A stretch of DNA of 64,000 nucleotides, from contig JARDVH010000193.1 in the NCBI GenBank assembly GCA_030324005.1, positions 38,095,132 to 38,159,131 on the forward strand. The letters are read 5' to 3'. The position numbers and the translations under genes were made by a program. Shown here one piece after another: positions 36,749-49,547 of this stretch. Each line of letters opens with the position of its first letter. The first letter of the stretch is position 1. Source of the DNA: Negaprion brevirostris. Its lineage: Eukaryota. The notes under the pieces are model-generated. The model did not search any database, was not told the origin of the DNA, and saw only the letters and a program-made list of their open reading frames with translations.

Positions 36749-37032
36749 GGGCAACATGGTGGCACAGTGGTTAGCACTGCTCTCTCAACACCTGGGACCC
36801 AGGTTCAATTCCTGGCTTGGGTCACTGTCTGTTGTGGAGTCTGCATGTTCTCCCCATGTCTGTGTGGGTTTTCTCCAGGTGCTTTGGTTTTCTCCCAAAG
36901 TCCTGAAAGATGTGCTGGTTAGGTGCATTGGCCATGCTAAATTCTCCCTGAGAAGGGAGAGTGGCGACTTGGGGATTTTCACAATAACTTCATTGCGGTG
37001 TTAATGTAAGCCTTATTTGTGACTAATAAATA
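36749..37032 (+). mobile_element. tRNA SINE, alternative tail
   Basis: Full head, body and tail. Confidence 0.9.
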
Positions 37033-37282
37033 GTGTCACAAGTAGGGCTTACGTTAACACTGCAATGAAGTTACTGTGAAACTCCCCCCAGTCGCTGCAC
37101 TCCGGCGCCTGATGGGGTCAATGCACTTAACCAGCATGTCTTTCAAACTGTGGGAGGAACCTGGAGCACCCGGAGGAAACCCACGCAAACAAGGGGAGAA
37201 CGTGCAAACTCCACACACACTGACCCAAGCCGGGAATTGAACCCTGTGCTTTGAGGCAGCAGTACTAACCGCTGTGTCACTC
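37033..37282 (-). mobile_element. tRNA SINE inserted inverted into the tail of the preceding SINE
   Basis: Reverse-complement copy flanked by direct repeat ctaataaata (37023-37032, 37283-37292). Confidence 0.88.
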
Positions 37283-37344
37283 CTAATAAATAAATTGTAA
37301 AAACGTTGGATGTTGCTGATATGATGATACGCCCGGAAGCATAG

Positions 37345-37435
37345 AGGTTTCAGTTAAGTCAGGGAGCTTGGTTGGTACAGGCTTGGAGGGCTGAAGGACC
37401 TGTTCCTGTGCTGTAATTTTCTTTGTTCTTTGTTG
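37345..37435 (+). mobile_element. CR1 3' tail
   Basis: ggcttggagggctgaaggacctgttcctgtgctg...ttctttgttctttgtt. Confidence 0.7.
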
Positions 37436-37594
37436 TGAGTGTTAATGCTTGGTGCCCATGTATGGAAAGGGAAAATTGGATGGAAGTCCTACAATAATAT
37501 CATTCTGCAACAGCATTTGCCGGAAGTGCACATGCCTGACTGCTGGGTGAAGTCAGGTTTAGCTGTGACACTCCAAGCAGTCAAATGACCAGAG

Positions 37595-37712
37595 TTAATG
37601 TTTTGAGGTTCTGACAAAGAGCAGAATGGATTCAAAATGTTAACCATGCTTTCTGTGCCTGCGATACTACCAGGCCGGCTGAGTTTTTCCAGCATCCTCT
37701 GTTTATTTTAGG
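37595..37712 (+). mobile_element. Penelope-like pLTR remnant (decayed hammerhead)
   Basis: CTGACAA-AGAG...GATTC-AAAATGTTAAC then gctgagtttttccagcat. Confidence 0.5.
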
Positions 37713-38024
37713 AAATACCCCTTGTCTGATGCAATGCGCCAGGCACTCATGACACTGTTACCCTGATTTTGGGCGGGAGGGGTGGGAGCAAAAACAAATA
37801 AGATTTAGACATGTATCGTAAAGGTAACGTGTAACTTCATTGGATTAGAGATGTTACTTGTTGTAATTGACATGACTATTTCTTTTGGTAGTTAAACAAA
37901 TTTGCAACTTTGCTAGTTTTTTTTGTTATAAGTACTGTATCGTTTAACACCGGTTCACACTTGTATGCTAATAAGACCTAGCTTAACACAGTCAACAGTC
38001 AGAGCCCCTTAGCAAATGTGTAAG

Positions 38025-38088
38025 GTAAAGTTTATTTATTTGTCACAAGTAAGGCTTACATTAACACTGCAATGAAGTTACTGTGAAA
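38025..38088 (-). mobile_element. 5'-truncated SINE tail
   Basis: tttatttatttgtcacaagtaaggcttacattaacactgcaatgaagttactgtgaaa. Confidence 0.8.
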
Positions 38089-38394
38089 TGAGTTTTGCAT
38101 TAGAGGCAACCATATCGATGGAATCCAGTTAATGTATAATTTTGTTTGGAAATCATGATATAAAATTCAGTTGGTGTACCATCACACCAGCAACCATTAA
38201 ATTCAGTTTAATTTAAATAAATTCTATCTTTTTTTTGAAAAAGTCAGATTTTACTTAAATTCTGTTGGTTGATGGCCTTTCAAGACCTTTGCAAGTCTGT
38301 GATTGTGCTACCAGGATAATGAAGCTGGTTTTAGATGGAGTGTAGGGAACCAGCGGATAGGTGTCACTTTGCTCTGATTTGGACTAAACAATTT

Positions 38395-38975
38395 TTTGAT
38401 TTGAATTATTATCGTCACATAGATTAGTATACAGTGAAAAGTATTGTTTCTTGCGTGCTATACAGACAAAACAACCGTTTATTGAGTACAAAGGGGAGAA
38501 GGAAAGGAGAGGGTGCAGAATGTAGTGTTACAATCATAGCTAGGGTGTCGAGGAAGATCAGTTTAATATGTGGTAATCCATTCCAAAGTCTGATGGCAGC
38601 AGCGAAGAAGCTGCTGATTGTTACTTGACCTCAGACTTTTGTATCTTTTTCCCTATGGAAGAAGGTAGAAGAGAGTATGTCTGGGGTGTGTGGGGTTNNN
38701 NNNNNNNAGGCAATGGGAAGTGTATACAGAGTCAGTGGATGGGAGGCTGGTTTGTATGTTGGACTGGGCATCTTTCACAACTCTTTGTGGTTGCTTGTGA
38801 TCTTGAACAGAGCAGGAGCTGTACCAAACTGTGATATATCCAGAAAGGATGCTTTCTATGGTGCATTTGTGAAAATTGGTGAGAGTTGTAGCTGACATGC
38901 CCAATTTCCTTAACCTCCTGAGGAAGTAGAGGCTTTGGTGGGTTTTCTTAACTATAGCTGTCACTATAGAAAGAC
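38395..38975 (-). mobile_element. Rex1/Babar LINE 3' fragment
   Basis: Peptide KKTHQSLYFLRRLRKLGMS...NFHKCTIESILSGYITVWYSSCS. Confidence 0.88.
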
Positions 38976-39418
38976 TTGGATTAAAATTTGCCAGTGGATA
39001 TATGACCCTTGGTTTTATGCTAAAGATATTATTGACTGTGTTTTTGAATCTGGATTTTGTTATCTCATTCCATCTCTGTGTCATGCACCAACTTTGGTAA
39101 GACTATGTAGGCTGCAGATTGTTACATTATGACTGAAGGTATCCAATAGTCAGTCACCAAAATGTGCAAGGAGAGTGATATGCTGTCACTTACCTCCTGC
39201 CACATCCTTGCTGTTTATTTCTCTTCCACAGAGGCATAGCTAAGAGCAGAGTGGGACCTACCTCACATTTGAATGCGTCTATGCAGTGCAATAGCATTCT
39301 GAATTTTTTAAACAGTGGTAAATTATGTCAGTACAATGGCATGTATGGTACTTACACAGCTCAGTTTTGGTTCTGCCAGGACTACCCAGCTCCAGACTTC
39401 ATTTGGCTTTAATCCAAA

Positions 39419-39715
39419 GGGCAGCTCGGTGGCGCACTGGTTGGCACCGTTGCCTCACAGTGCCAGCAGCCGAGGTTCAATCCCGACTTGGGTGACTGTG
39501 CGGAGTTTACATGTTCCCCCTGTGTCTGCGTGGGTTTTCCTCCGTGTGCTCCAGTTTCCCCCGTCAGTCCAAAAGATGTGCTGGTTAGGTGCATTGGCCA
39601 TGCTAAATTCTCCCTGGGTGTACCCAAAACAGATGCTGGAGTGTAACAACTAGGGGATTTTCACAGTAACTTCTCAGCAGTGTTAATGTAAGCCAACTTG
39701 TGACTCTATTAACCT
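39419..39715 (+). mobile_element. tRNA SINE, alternative tail
   Basis: gggcagctcggtggcgcactgg head; ggggattttcacagtaacttc tail. Confidence 0.88.
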
Positions 39716-39734
39716 TAAAAAAAAAGGGCAAAAA

Positions 39735-40150
39735 GGATGAGGTGTGACTGCCCTTGACTATCAAGGTAGCATTTGACTGATTATGGCATCAAGAAGCAAC
39801 ACTTGGTGGAGGAAAACTCACCATTGGCTGAAATCATATCTAGCCCAAAGGCAGATTATGGTTGTTGGAGGCCAGTCATTTCAGTCTGAGGACACCACTG
39901 CAGATGTTGCTCAATGTAGTGTCTTGGGCCCAACTATTTTGAGCTGCTTTATCAATGACCACTCCTCCAGTCGGGATGTTCCCTGATAATTGCAAAACAT
40001 TTGATGCAAGTTGCAACTCTTAGATGCTGAAGCAATCTGTGCCAGCTAGCAGCCAAACCTAGACAGCAGTCAGGCTGGGGCTGATAGGCTGTTAACATTT
40101 GCACTACACATAAGTGCCAAACGATGTCATATCCAACAAGAGAATGTAAC
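39735..40150 (+). mobile_element. CR1-type RT fragment
   Basis: Peptide WLKSYLAQRQIMVVGGQS...VAQCSVLGPTILSCFIND (PQGSVLGPxLFxxFIND). Confidence 0.8.
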
Positions 40151-40484
40151 CATTGTATTTGTAAAGCACAGATTGGTTTTTGAGTTAGGAAGTTTTGGAA
40201 ATCGTGCTTGCCTAAGGGTATTTGTCATGTCTTGAGGATATTTATGTACGGTTTTTGTTTCGAAATAGCTGGTCTGGTTGGTAGAATTTTTTTCTGACAC
40301 ATTACAGATAACAGGGTTGCATTAGTTATCTATTTTGTTTTCTTGGCAGTTCTAAAAATAATTTTTATCCGTTTGTCATGCTTTGAATTTTTTTAAGGCT
40401 TTCCCCTGTACAGCCGATGAGAGGGTTAAATGTTTGTTTCATATGACTTGCAGGTCTGGTGTTTTATTTGGTCAGCTGCCTGGT

Positions 40485-40740
40485 GCAAGCCTCTGTTCAT
40501 TTCCCCTACCAGCTTTCATCATTATTGGTGGCTGTGCATTCAGTTCCTTGGTCCTAATTCCTAGACTTGCCTCCCAGTACCACTCCACCTTTACACCTCC
40601 CTATTTCCTACTTGAAATGCACATCTTGGGCCACCCCAGCTAATACCTCTGGCTTGGTGACCTTTTTTATTATGCCTCTATAAAGTATCAATGGAACATC
40701 TTTTTCTAAGTTACATCAGTAATTAAATGCAAGTAATTAT
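40485..40740 (+). mobile_element. L2-type 3' end
   Basis: attggtggctgtgcattcag...taaatgcaagt tail. Confidence 0.5.
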
Positions 40741-42164
40741 TTCCATTTCAACAACTGAAATAATTGAGATTTCAACTTAATTCCAATTAACAATTTAAGC
40801 CTCATGCCTTTTCCTATTGTGACTCAATTTTTCATTTACTTGTATGGTTACTTAAGTGTATCACTATTGTACGGTAAGACATTCCAGCCTGGGTAACGTA
40901 ATGGTTGCAAACATGGACTTCTTATCCACAAAGTAGATTGCAAGCTAGGCCACAGCATAACTGTATCTTTTATATTGCACTGATTTTTTTCATTTGTGTG
41001 GTGGCTCTAGGAAAATTTGACTTTTTGCTTTTGAACAGGAACACTCGCATCAAATGCTTGTGTGGCCAGTTTGCCACATTCGAATCAATCATTTTTTTAT
41101 GATAGTTGAGAAATTATATCCCTCTAACTGTTGTATCAACACTGCTACACACACGCTCCTGTATGGAATAGTGGAGACAGATTTTAAAAAAAGCAGAATA
41201 CATAATTGTAGCTTTAGAACAATTTCATGCTTTCAATCTGTAACTTTGAGAAAGCACATTTCCATGAGCAATCAGTTCTGAAAATGCTTATTTTAAATCT
41301 GCAACATATGTAAAACCTGACAACAGCAGGCACTTCCTGTCTACACAATGTTTATTTCCTGTTCACGTTTTTTTGTCAAACTTTTGTTTCAGCTTTTCTT
41401 CAGTGAATTCCTGTGCCCACGTTTATAATGGAAACCACCTGGGCAAATGTTCATGCTCTAATTTATGACCTCGATGGGAGCAGTGCAGATTAGGACCCCT
41501 TTTGCCTACACTGTGGAGAAACACTTGCCCTCTAACCAGCTTTGCTACTCCCCAAAACTGCTCACAACTTTTAGTCATTTTATTTATAATACCAAATCAA
41601 AGCATTGTATAATAATTAGAACGATAGAATTACAGAAACCTGTGACAAAAAAAGACCATGTGGCCCATTATGTTGGTTCTGGCTGAAAAAAAGCAATCCA
41701 GCGGAATCCTATTTTTCCAGATCATGATCTTGTAGGTTTTATGATCCCTTTAGAGGCCAAGACTTTTAAAAAGAAGTTCAAACATCCAGGTCATAGGTGA
41801 AAAAATGATATATCTTAAAACTTTTACTGCAGCAAATTACTAAGAGCACTACTTTCTAAACACTATTTTCTTCTCATAGGCAACTTAAACTTTAGACTAT
41901 AGAGAGTATTTTTGCTTTTTTACAATTTGCACATTGTATGGAATTGCAGTCCTTGTATGGTCCACTGTTATTCCCAACCTCCAGTGGGTCCCCATTGCGT
42001 TGAGTAGTAACTTTGCATGACTGCCTCCAGGGGCTTTCCTCAATATTTGAAGAGTTTCTTAAAACCACCACAGTAAAGCCTGTTCCAATGATTCTTGCCT
42101 AGTTACACCAGGACAAATCATCCTGGATGATGTGTCTTTGCATCTAGACGTGGTAGCTTGTAAA

Positions 42165-42420
42165 GTACAATCAGGAATAGTCAGCATGGATTTGTCAAGG
42201 GCAGGTCGTGCCTTACAAGCCTAGTTGAGTTCTTCGATAATGTGACNNNNNNNNNNNNNNNNNNNNNNNNNNNNNNNNNNNNNNNNNNNNNNNNNNNNNN
42301 NNNNNNNNNNNNNNNNNNNNNNNNNNNNNNNNNNNNNNNNNNNNNNGTTGATGTGATCGGCGCAACTCGTGGGCCGAAGGGCCTGTTTGTGCTGTAGTGT
42401 TCTATGTTCTATGTTCTAAA
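42165..42420 (+). mobile_element. Young CR1 collapsed across a gap
   Basis: agtcagcatggatttgtcaagggcaggtcgtgccttacaagc (SQHGFVKGRSCLT) before the gap; gggccgaagggcctg...(ttctatg)n tail after it. Confidence 0.85.
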
Positions 42421-42607
42421 GTAAAGCAGCCTTAACTCTCTGCTGACTGCACAGAACTGCTGACTATCCGTAACATTCATAAGTTTGAAGGGAAGCCTAT
42501 AACCGGATGTCAGAAAATGGCTTCCCAGCCCTTTTTTCCCATGGCAAAGTGAAACACATTGTTTCTGCTTGGAAGCAAGGTTAATGATTAGCTATTCTTG
42601 CACTAAA

Positions 42608-42905
42608 GGGCAGCACAGTGGCATAATGGTTAGCATTGCTGCCTCACAGTGCCAGGGACCCGGGTTCGATTCCCAGGTTGGGTCACTGTTCGAGTAGTGT
42701 TTGCACATTCTCCCAGTGTCTGTGTGGGTTTCCTCTGGGTGCTCTGGTTTCTTCCCACTGCTCAAAAGATGTGCTCGTTGGGTGCGTTGGTCATGCTAAA
42801 TTTTCCCTCAATATACTCGATCAGATGCCAGAGTGTGGCAACTAGGGGATTTCACAGTAACTTCATTGTATTGTTAATATAAGAATACTCGTGACACTAA
42901 TGATA
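42608..42905 (+). mobile_element. tRNA SINE, alternative tail
   Basis: gggcagcacagtggcataatggttagc head with B box gggttcgattccc; tail ttcacagtaacttcattg. Confidence 0.9.
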
Positions 42906-43234
42906 TGAAAAAAAACTTAGTCTTGAAAGTAAATGGACAGTTTGCTGCACAATAGTTTGCAACTCAAGACCTTCAACACTTTTTGGACTTTGGGAAACTG
43001 TCCACTCACCATAAATTCAGACTGCTGCCGTTGTCTCCAAACATAAGTACCCTGCACCTGCCTTCCAGTCGAACAATCAAACCTCCCAAACTTCCTAGTG
43101 GGGAAAATTCAGAGCAGGTCACATGACCTCATTTATCCTAATTTAGAGATATAGTCCCAAAACAATATAGTCTCTTAAACTTCATATGTAACATGCTTAT
43201 GCACTTGAACTGCCTTAACTTTAAGTGCATTTTA

Positions 43235-43745
43235 AATATGCTGAGTGTTTCTATCCCCATCACTCTTTCATGTCTCCTCACTCTGGGTGAGGAAAAAAAA
43301 ATCCTCAATTCTGCTTTAATCCTTTTGCCAATTATTTGAAATCTATGTCCTGGTTTTTGACCCCACCTCTCTGCTGAGGGAAACCGGTTCTTAGCATTCT
43401 AGGCCCTCATAATTTTACACATCACAGATAAACCTTGCCTTGGCCACTTCAAAAAAAGACGTATGTTTGTGAAATGATCAATCTCCTCTGGACCTCCTCC
43501 AGTATAATCACGTCCTTCCTGTAATGTAACCAGAACTGTATATGGTTAGCTCACAGCTGAAGTACTATGTTCTATGCAGTTCTAGCATAATTTCCTGCTC
43601 TTGTACCCTTTTGCCTTGATTAATGTGTTTTTAAAAAAAAAACACATATGCTGCCTGAATTATCTTATCTACCATCCTGCTCCCATTGAGGATTTGGGCC
43701 TGTGGACTCCCATGTCCCTCTGTTCCTGTACACTCCTTGAATATC
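43235..43745 (-). mobile_element. Old CR1 3' fragment
   Basis: aggccctcataattttacacatc, accagaactgta, tggactcccatgtccctctgttcc. Confidence 0.55.
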
Positions 43746-44079
43746 ATCTATTACTTAAGACTGTAAAATAGGGGCTAAGTTGTTCGGGCATCCTGGTCTA
43801 ATTTTTCCCTGACTTTTGGTCCAGCTTCACCTGGAGATAACTTTACCTTCCATTTCTCAAAGTTGATGGTTGGTGGTGATTCCCTTCATAGAGCTAGAAA
43901 ACCCAAGTCCTTTTGCTAAGCTAATTACATTTATTGTGGAAGTGACCAGAATGATGATTTTTCTACTGACATCCCATACCTCGATTGAGGGCATAGTTTC
44001 TGTCACACAGATGTAAAGCATTGTGGATTAAGGGGCCTACGTGGGGGCAGTAACAGTTGATCACTTATTTAAAAATGCA

Positions 44080-44400
44080 CAAAAATGTGAGATGGCTATA
44101 TGGACAACAAATGGGGTTTAGATTGTATTGCTGGAGCCAACAAGTTCTAAGTGAAGAGATTCATTGAAGATTTTGTTTAGCTTGTACTAGAAGTATCCTG
44201 TCAGGTTTTGCTTGTATATATTCAGGAGTATAACTGCTCTGAAGAAGGTGCTGAAGAGGAGTTCTCTTGTGGAAGGTAGCCTCCAAGCTTTGGGCTTATT
44301 TAGGAAATCACAGACTTTAGGTGACATTATTGAGTCTTTTCTAATGTTGAGTGGATTGGAAAGAATGTATTTGGACCAGCGGCTACAGTGTTTTTATAGG
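44080..44400 (+). mobile_element. Very old CR1 C-terminal fragment
   Basis: Peptide LQALGLFRKSQTLGDIIESFLMLSGLERM (LGLFSLExRRLRGDLIEVYKIMxGxDRV-like). Confidence 0.55.
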
Positions 44401-47400
44401 GAACTTGGCAAGTTTTTGAGCGAATCCTTTCCAGATTGAGTTTAAATTACGACCCTATGTCCTAGAACTTGACTGCTTCAGAACGTTGGAAGAGCTTTCC
44501 AATTTGTTTTAATGAATTGGCTTACAACTTGTTTGCCGTTGCTGAATATGGGTGCATTCTAAGCTCATGAAAGAGACATTCCACCTGATCTTGATGGTGT
44601 TTCTGCCTCTCCCCACCACCCTCCCCCCAACCTTTATGTATATTTGTGTCTTTTAATAACGTTTATAATGTAGCAAGAAGCAATTTTATTGACCCAAATC
44701 TTTCAAAGTCAGAACCCCAATTTCTAACCCTGATCAGATTTTTAAAAAAAATTTACCTGCCTTATTTATCACTTCCCTCCATTTTATTTCTGGCTAATCA
44801 TGTGATTAGGTGGGTGGGGGTCCTGCAGAACTCATCAGCACTGGAAACTTCAAAGACATTAGCAAAGGGAAACTGCACGGATGCCTCACCCCTTTTTTCT
44901 GGAAGTCACTGCCATATTATGTATGCTTTGGAACAATTTTCGGTGTGTTATGAATGAGTGTTGTAGGGTGAGTGAGGTGAGGGGGGAGGGTGGCCAATGG
45001 GTAGAGTGGGTTTGGTAAAGGGAAAAGGTGGGTAAGTGGGTGAGGTCAGATCAGGAGGTGGCTGAGGGTGTGATGGTCAGTTGTGTATTGTGTAATTACC
45101 CAGGAGTTAGACTAGAATTTTTTTCTCTAACATTTGCTAGGTACTATTCGAGCAATTTGGAACTGTCCAAAGTTTCCGACTTTAATACAAGACATTTTCA
45201 GAGGGTCCCAAGGAGCAGGATAATTGCCTATCAGAATTTCAGACTTTCTGGGGCAATTCCCACAGGGTCAGTGCTTCCAAGGACTCCCATAGAGCACTGG
45301 TATGTTGGTCTCTGAGACTTGTAGAGCTGGGCCATTAGTGAAATGTAATGTTGAAAGATTGGGTGAATTTGAGCTAAAAGACTTGAGGGGTATTCAAAAT
45401 GCAATTTGGGCACCATGTTGGAAGAATTTGCGCACGGAATGTGTTGTCATGTTTTTTCTCATGCTCTATGTAGAGTTAATTCAATTCTTTTTAATATTCT
45501 TCTGATGTTTATTAAGTTAATGCACAAGATATCATTGTTAGAATTGTCGTGTGTGGATTTAATTGCAATGTAATCTCTAGCTTGCTGGGACATGTCTCAA
45601 AATTTTTGCTCAGGCTTGTGTCTCTGCCAATCGAATTCATGAAATGCACCAAGGCAGCTTGTGGTATATTTTGACAACTGATTCACCACAGATAACTGCC
45701 CTGTGTGGGTAGCCTGATTTAATCCTAGCAGGATTCGCCTATTGAAAGGCAGAGTACTTGCAGTTTGGTTAGGATATCCAAAAAAAAGGGAGAAAGGTTC
45801 TGAAAATGGCAGCATGCATTAAAGTCTCTGACATTTAGACTATCATCAAAGCAAAGTCCTTACTTAAGTGACACCTGAAAAACCTGTTCCCTAAGATTTT
45901 GAAATTGTGGGGCGTAACCGCAAGGCAGACCTTTTTGATCCTAATCGCACAACACTGCTGTACATGCACTTGTTAATAGTTTTATTTTAAAATTCTGTGT
46001 TGTGCAGGTGATGGTTTCGTTGTTAATGGAGAGAGGACAGGAGAGGAAGTATTCTCTCTTGACCTTTTTTAGACCAGTGTAACGTGGGTGATAAACCTTA
46101 CAGTCTCTGAAGCTTAGATTACTCAATAAATTATCTATAACTTTTCCATTGTTTTAAATGTTGAAGCTAGTATTATTTCTGCCAGTAGCAGTGTTATATA
46201 AGAATCTGGCCACGTTATTAAAATCTGTGCATACCTAATAAGATCAGAGCCAAATGTTAGAAGCTGTTATCCTGGACAAGGTTTTACTGTCTACATTTAT
46301 GTAGCAGGCAAACAATTAGTTGGTGATTGTCACTTAGCGATTGCTGGTCTTGCCTCTTGTATATATTGGGAGATGGTAGTAGGCGACCAGTGCACTCAAG
46401 TTTCTTTTTACCGCTGTTTGGACCAACCTGTCTGTAGCAGTTAATTTTTAAGCAAAGTTGCTTTTTTTAAGTTAAATTCATGTGCAAGTTCATATTTGTC
46501 CCTGTTGGCTTGGGGAAAATTACCCAGATTTGTGCTGATGGTGTTTATCTTTTTGGAGATGGTGGGGTTGGGGAGCTGTTCGCCATCCTTCCTTTCCTCC
46601 TGTGCAGCAGTTACTTAGTGGGTGCTGTATGAGATTGACCTAAAAATGTTTTGTTTTTGCATTTATCCCAGTAATGAATTATTGTGCCAGGGTGCGCACA
46701 ACTGCATCATGGCAAGAATTCCAAATTGATGCCAGGCCAAGCCAGTTTAGAATCTTAAAGCTGGGATATTCAGTGCTCCCAAGAGATATTTGGTTTGACA
46801 GCATTTCCATCTAGTACCAACATCTGCTTGGAAAAGTAAATTAGGAACAAGTCAGGCCCAGTGCAGTAAATGTGCATTTCCTGATACTTGACCATGTGTG
46901 ATATGTGAAGTGAATTGCCTGCAGACATTTGATTTTGTGGCAAAACTATTCCTTTGTCTGCCTTCACGTGGAGAATGAGCTGCAGTGAAAGCAAATCCTG
47001 ACATTTTTAAATAACATATGCCGTCTGTGCCCCGTGCAAATGCAAATTTGGCCTAGTCCTTTCAGTTGAATCCTCTATCATGTCAGTATTAATGCAGAAG
47101 TAGTGTGCTGGCTGTGGTTGGGGAGAGTTTTGTAAAGCCCTTCCAAGCAATTTTTTTTTAATCCTACGTAAAACTACCAAATAAAAGCATTAGGGCAGAC
47201 TGAAGCTGAACTTAATTATGGAACCAAATTGAAAGCAGTAGCTCACCACTTGGCAGACAATAACCCTCTCTCTCTCTTCTCTCAGCTCAGGTTAGTCATA
47301 CATCTGCACCGTCCTGAGTGAGGAAGCCAGGACACACAAGCTCGCCTGATCTTATGTCACTCATTTCTTGACAATATCTTTTGTGCTTTTAATATGTTGA

Positions 47401-48287
47401 ATATATTGCAGTGGCTCCAGCTGCAATGTTGCCTGACGGACAGTATAATTTTAATATCGTTCATGGTNNNNNNNNNNNNNNNNNNNNNNNNNNNNNNNNN
47501 NNNTGTTTTTGTGTTCTGGTCAGTATGGGATGTATGCTCTGACTTTTGAATGATTTTTTTTGGCACATGGCCAAAATTGATTTAAAAGTCAGCACCATAT
47601 CTTGAGCCCCAGTATATTCTAGAAGCATCTGTTCCATGTTGATGAAGCAGACATCTGGTTACAGCTTACTTGCACTCATTCATTTGTAGCATATCAGAAC
47701 TGTAATTTGCTTCCTCATACAGAAATGCTCATATAATTTTAACCTCTTGAATGAAATGACAGCTATAGGCTGTATGTGTGGCTGTCGTGCTGAAAGCACA
47801 GGTCTTAAAGTGATTTGTGAGAATCAGATTCATCAAATCACCATCCCATCTCAACTCAAAGTAACGGCATGAATTTGTGCCATTTCATTTTTAGAGCAAT
47901 GTGAACTGTTTAAAGGAGCAAATCTTGCTAATGTTTCTACGAATAAAAAGTCTGATGCAGCACTTAGGGAAAAAAGGTTCCTCCCCATCCCTCTCTCCTC
48001 CTTGATATGGAAAAGCAGATTTATTTGTAATGCAGAAATCACACCTGGATGATTGGAATAACATTTGCCCCTTGTATTCTATGTGAGGGTGACTGCTTTT
48101 AAAAATATTGTAAATCTCATGTGCACAATTGCATGTTTAGTGCTCTGGTCATACACCATATTGTTTCAACACTGGTGCATGTTTTTAGAGGTGCTCCATT
48201 TCTGCACTCCATTTACTTCTGGCCCTGCACAACTGTGCTTAGATAAAGTGGAATTCTGGTCATCAGTGTTTGAATAAAGAATAAAGG

Positions 48288-48640
48288 TTTGATTTGATTT
48301 ATTATTGTCCTGTATTGGGATACAGTGAAAAGTATTGTTTCTTGTGCGCTACACGGAGAAAACATACAGCTCATAGAGTACATGGGGAGAAGGAAAGGAG
48401 AGAGTGAAGAATATAGTGTTTTTATCACAGCTAGTGTGTGGAGGAAGATCAGCTTAATTTATGGTAAGTCCAAACAGAAGTCTGAGGGCAGCGGGGAAGA
48501 TGATGTTCTTGAGTAGGTTGGTACGTAATCTCAGACTTCTATATCTTTTTCCAGGAGTAGAAGGTGGAAGAGAGTATGTCCAGGGTGTGTGGGGTCCTTG
48601 ATTATGCTGGCTGCTTTTCCGAGGCAACGGAAAGTGTACA
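48288..48640 (-). mobile_element. Rex1/Babar LINE 3' end
   Basis: Peptide CLGKAASIIKDPTHPGHTLFHLL; tttgatttgatttattattg tail. Confidence 0.88.
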
Positions 48641-49141
48641 TCTTACAGGTGAACCAGCGGCCAACGGTCTTCTTGTAAGCAGCATTTAACAGACAGTTGT
48701 CCACCTTGGTCCTTTTAAACATTAAGATAAACTCTAAAAAGATAATTTTGTATTAGTTGTACTGTGCCTGTTTGTAGTTAGTATGCCAAACAACCTCTGA
48801 CGCTGTTTTCTTAAAATTCCAGCAAGCCTGGGTTAAGCATATAGGAACAGGAGCAAACCATTTCACTCCTCAAGCCTTTATTACCATTGAATGAGATCAT
48901 GGCTGATGCACAATCGAACTCCATACACCTATCTCTTGATGCTTTTAGTTAACAGAAATTTATCAATAACTGATTCAAAATTAACTATGAACTTAGCATT
49001 AACTGCCATTTGCAGAAGAGGATTCCAAACTTCTATCACCCTTTGCATGTAGAAATGTTTCTTAACTGAATTCCTGAAAAGTCTGACTCTAATTTATAGA
49101 CTCTATTTCTTAGTCCTAGGTTCCCCAAAGAGCAGAAATAG

Positions 49142-49547
49142 TTTGATTTGATTTATTATTGTCACATGTATTAGCATACAATGAAAATATTGTATCTTGC
49201 ACACTATATAGACAAAGCATACCATTCATAGAGAAGAAAATGAGAGAGTGCAGAATGTAGTGTTACAGTCATAACTAGGGTGTAGAGAAAGATCAGCTTA
49301 ATGCACAGTAGGTCCATTCAAAAATCAGATGTCAGCAGGAAAAATGCTGTTTTTGAGTCGGTTGTTACACGACCTCAGACTTTGTATCTTTTTCCTGACG
49401 GAAGCAGATGGAAGATAGAATATCCGTGGTGTGTGGGGTCCTTAATTATGCTGGCTGCTTTGCTGACGCAATGGGAAGTACAGACAGAGTCAGTGGGGAG
49501 GCTGGTTTGCATGATGGATTGGGTTACAGTCACAACCTTTTGTAGTT
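49142..49547 (-). mobile_element. Rex1/Babar LINE 3' end
   Basis: Peptide SKAASIIKDPTHHGYSIFHLLPSGKRYK; tttga tail. Confidence 0.88.
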
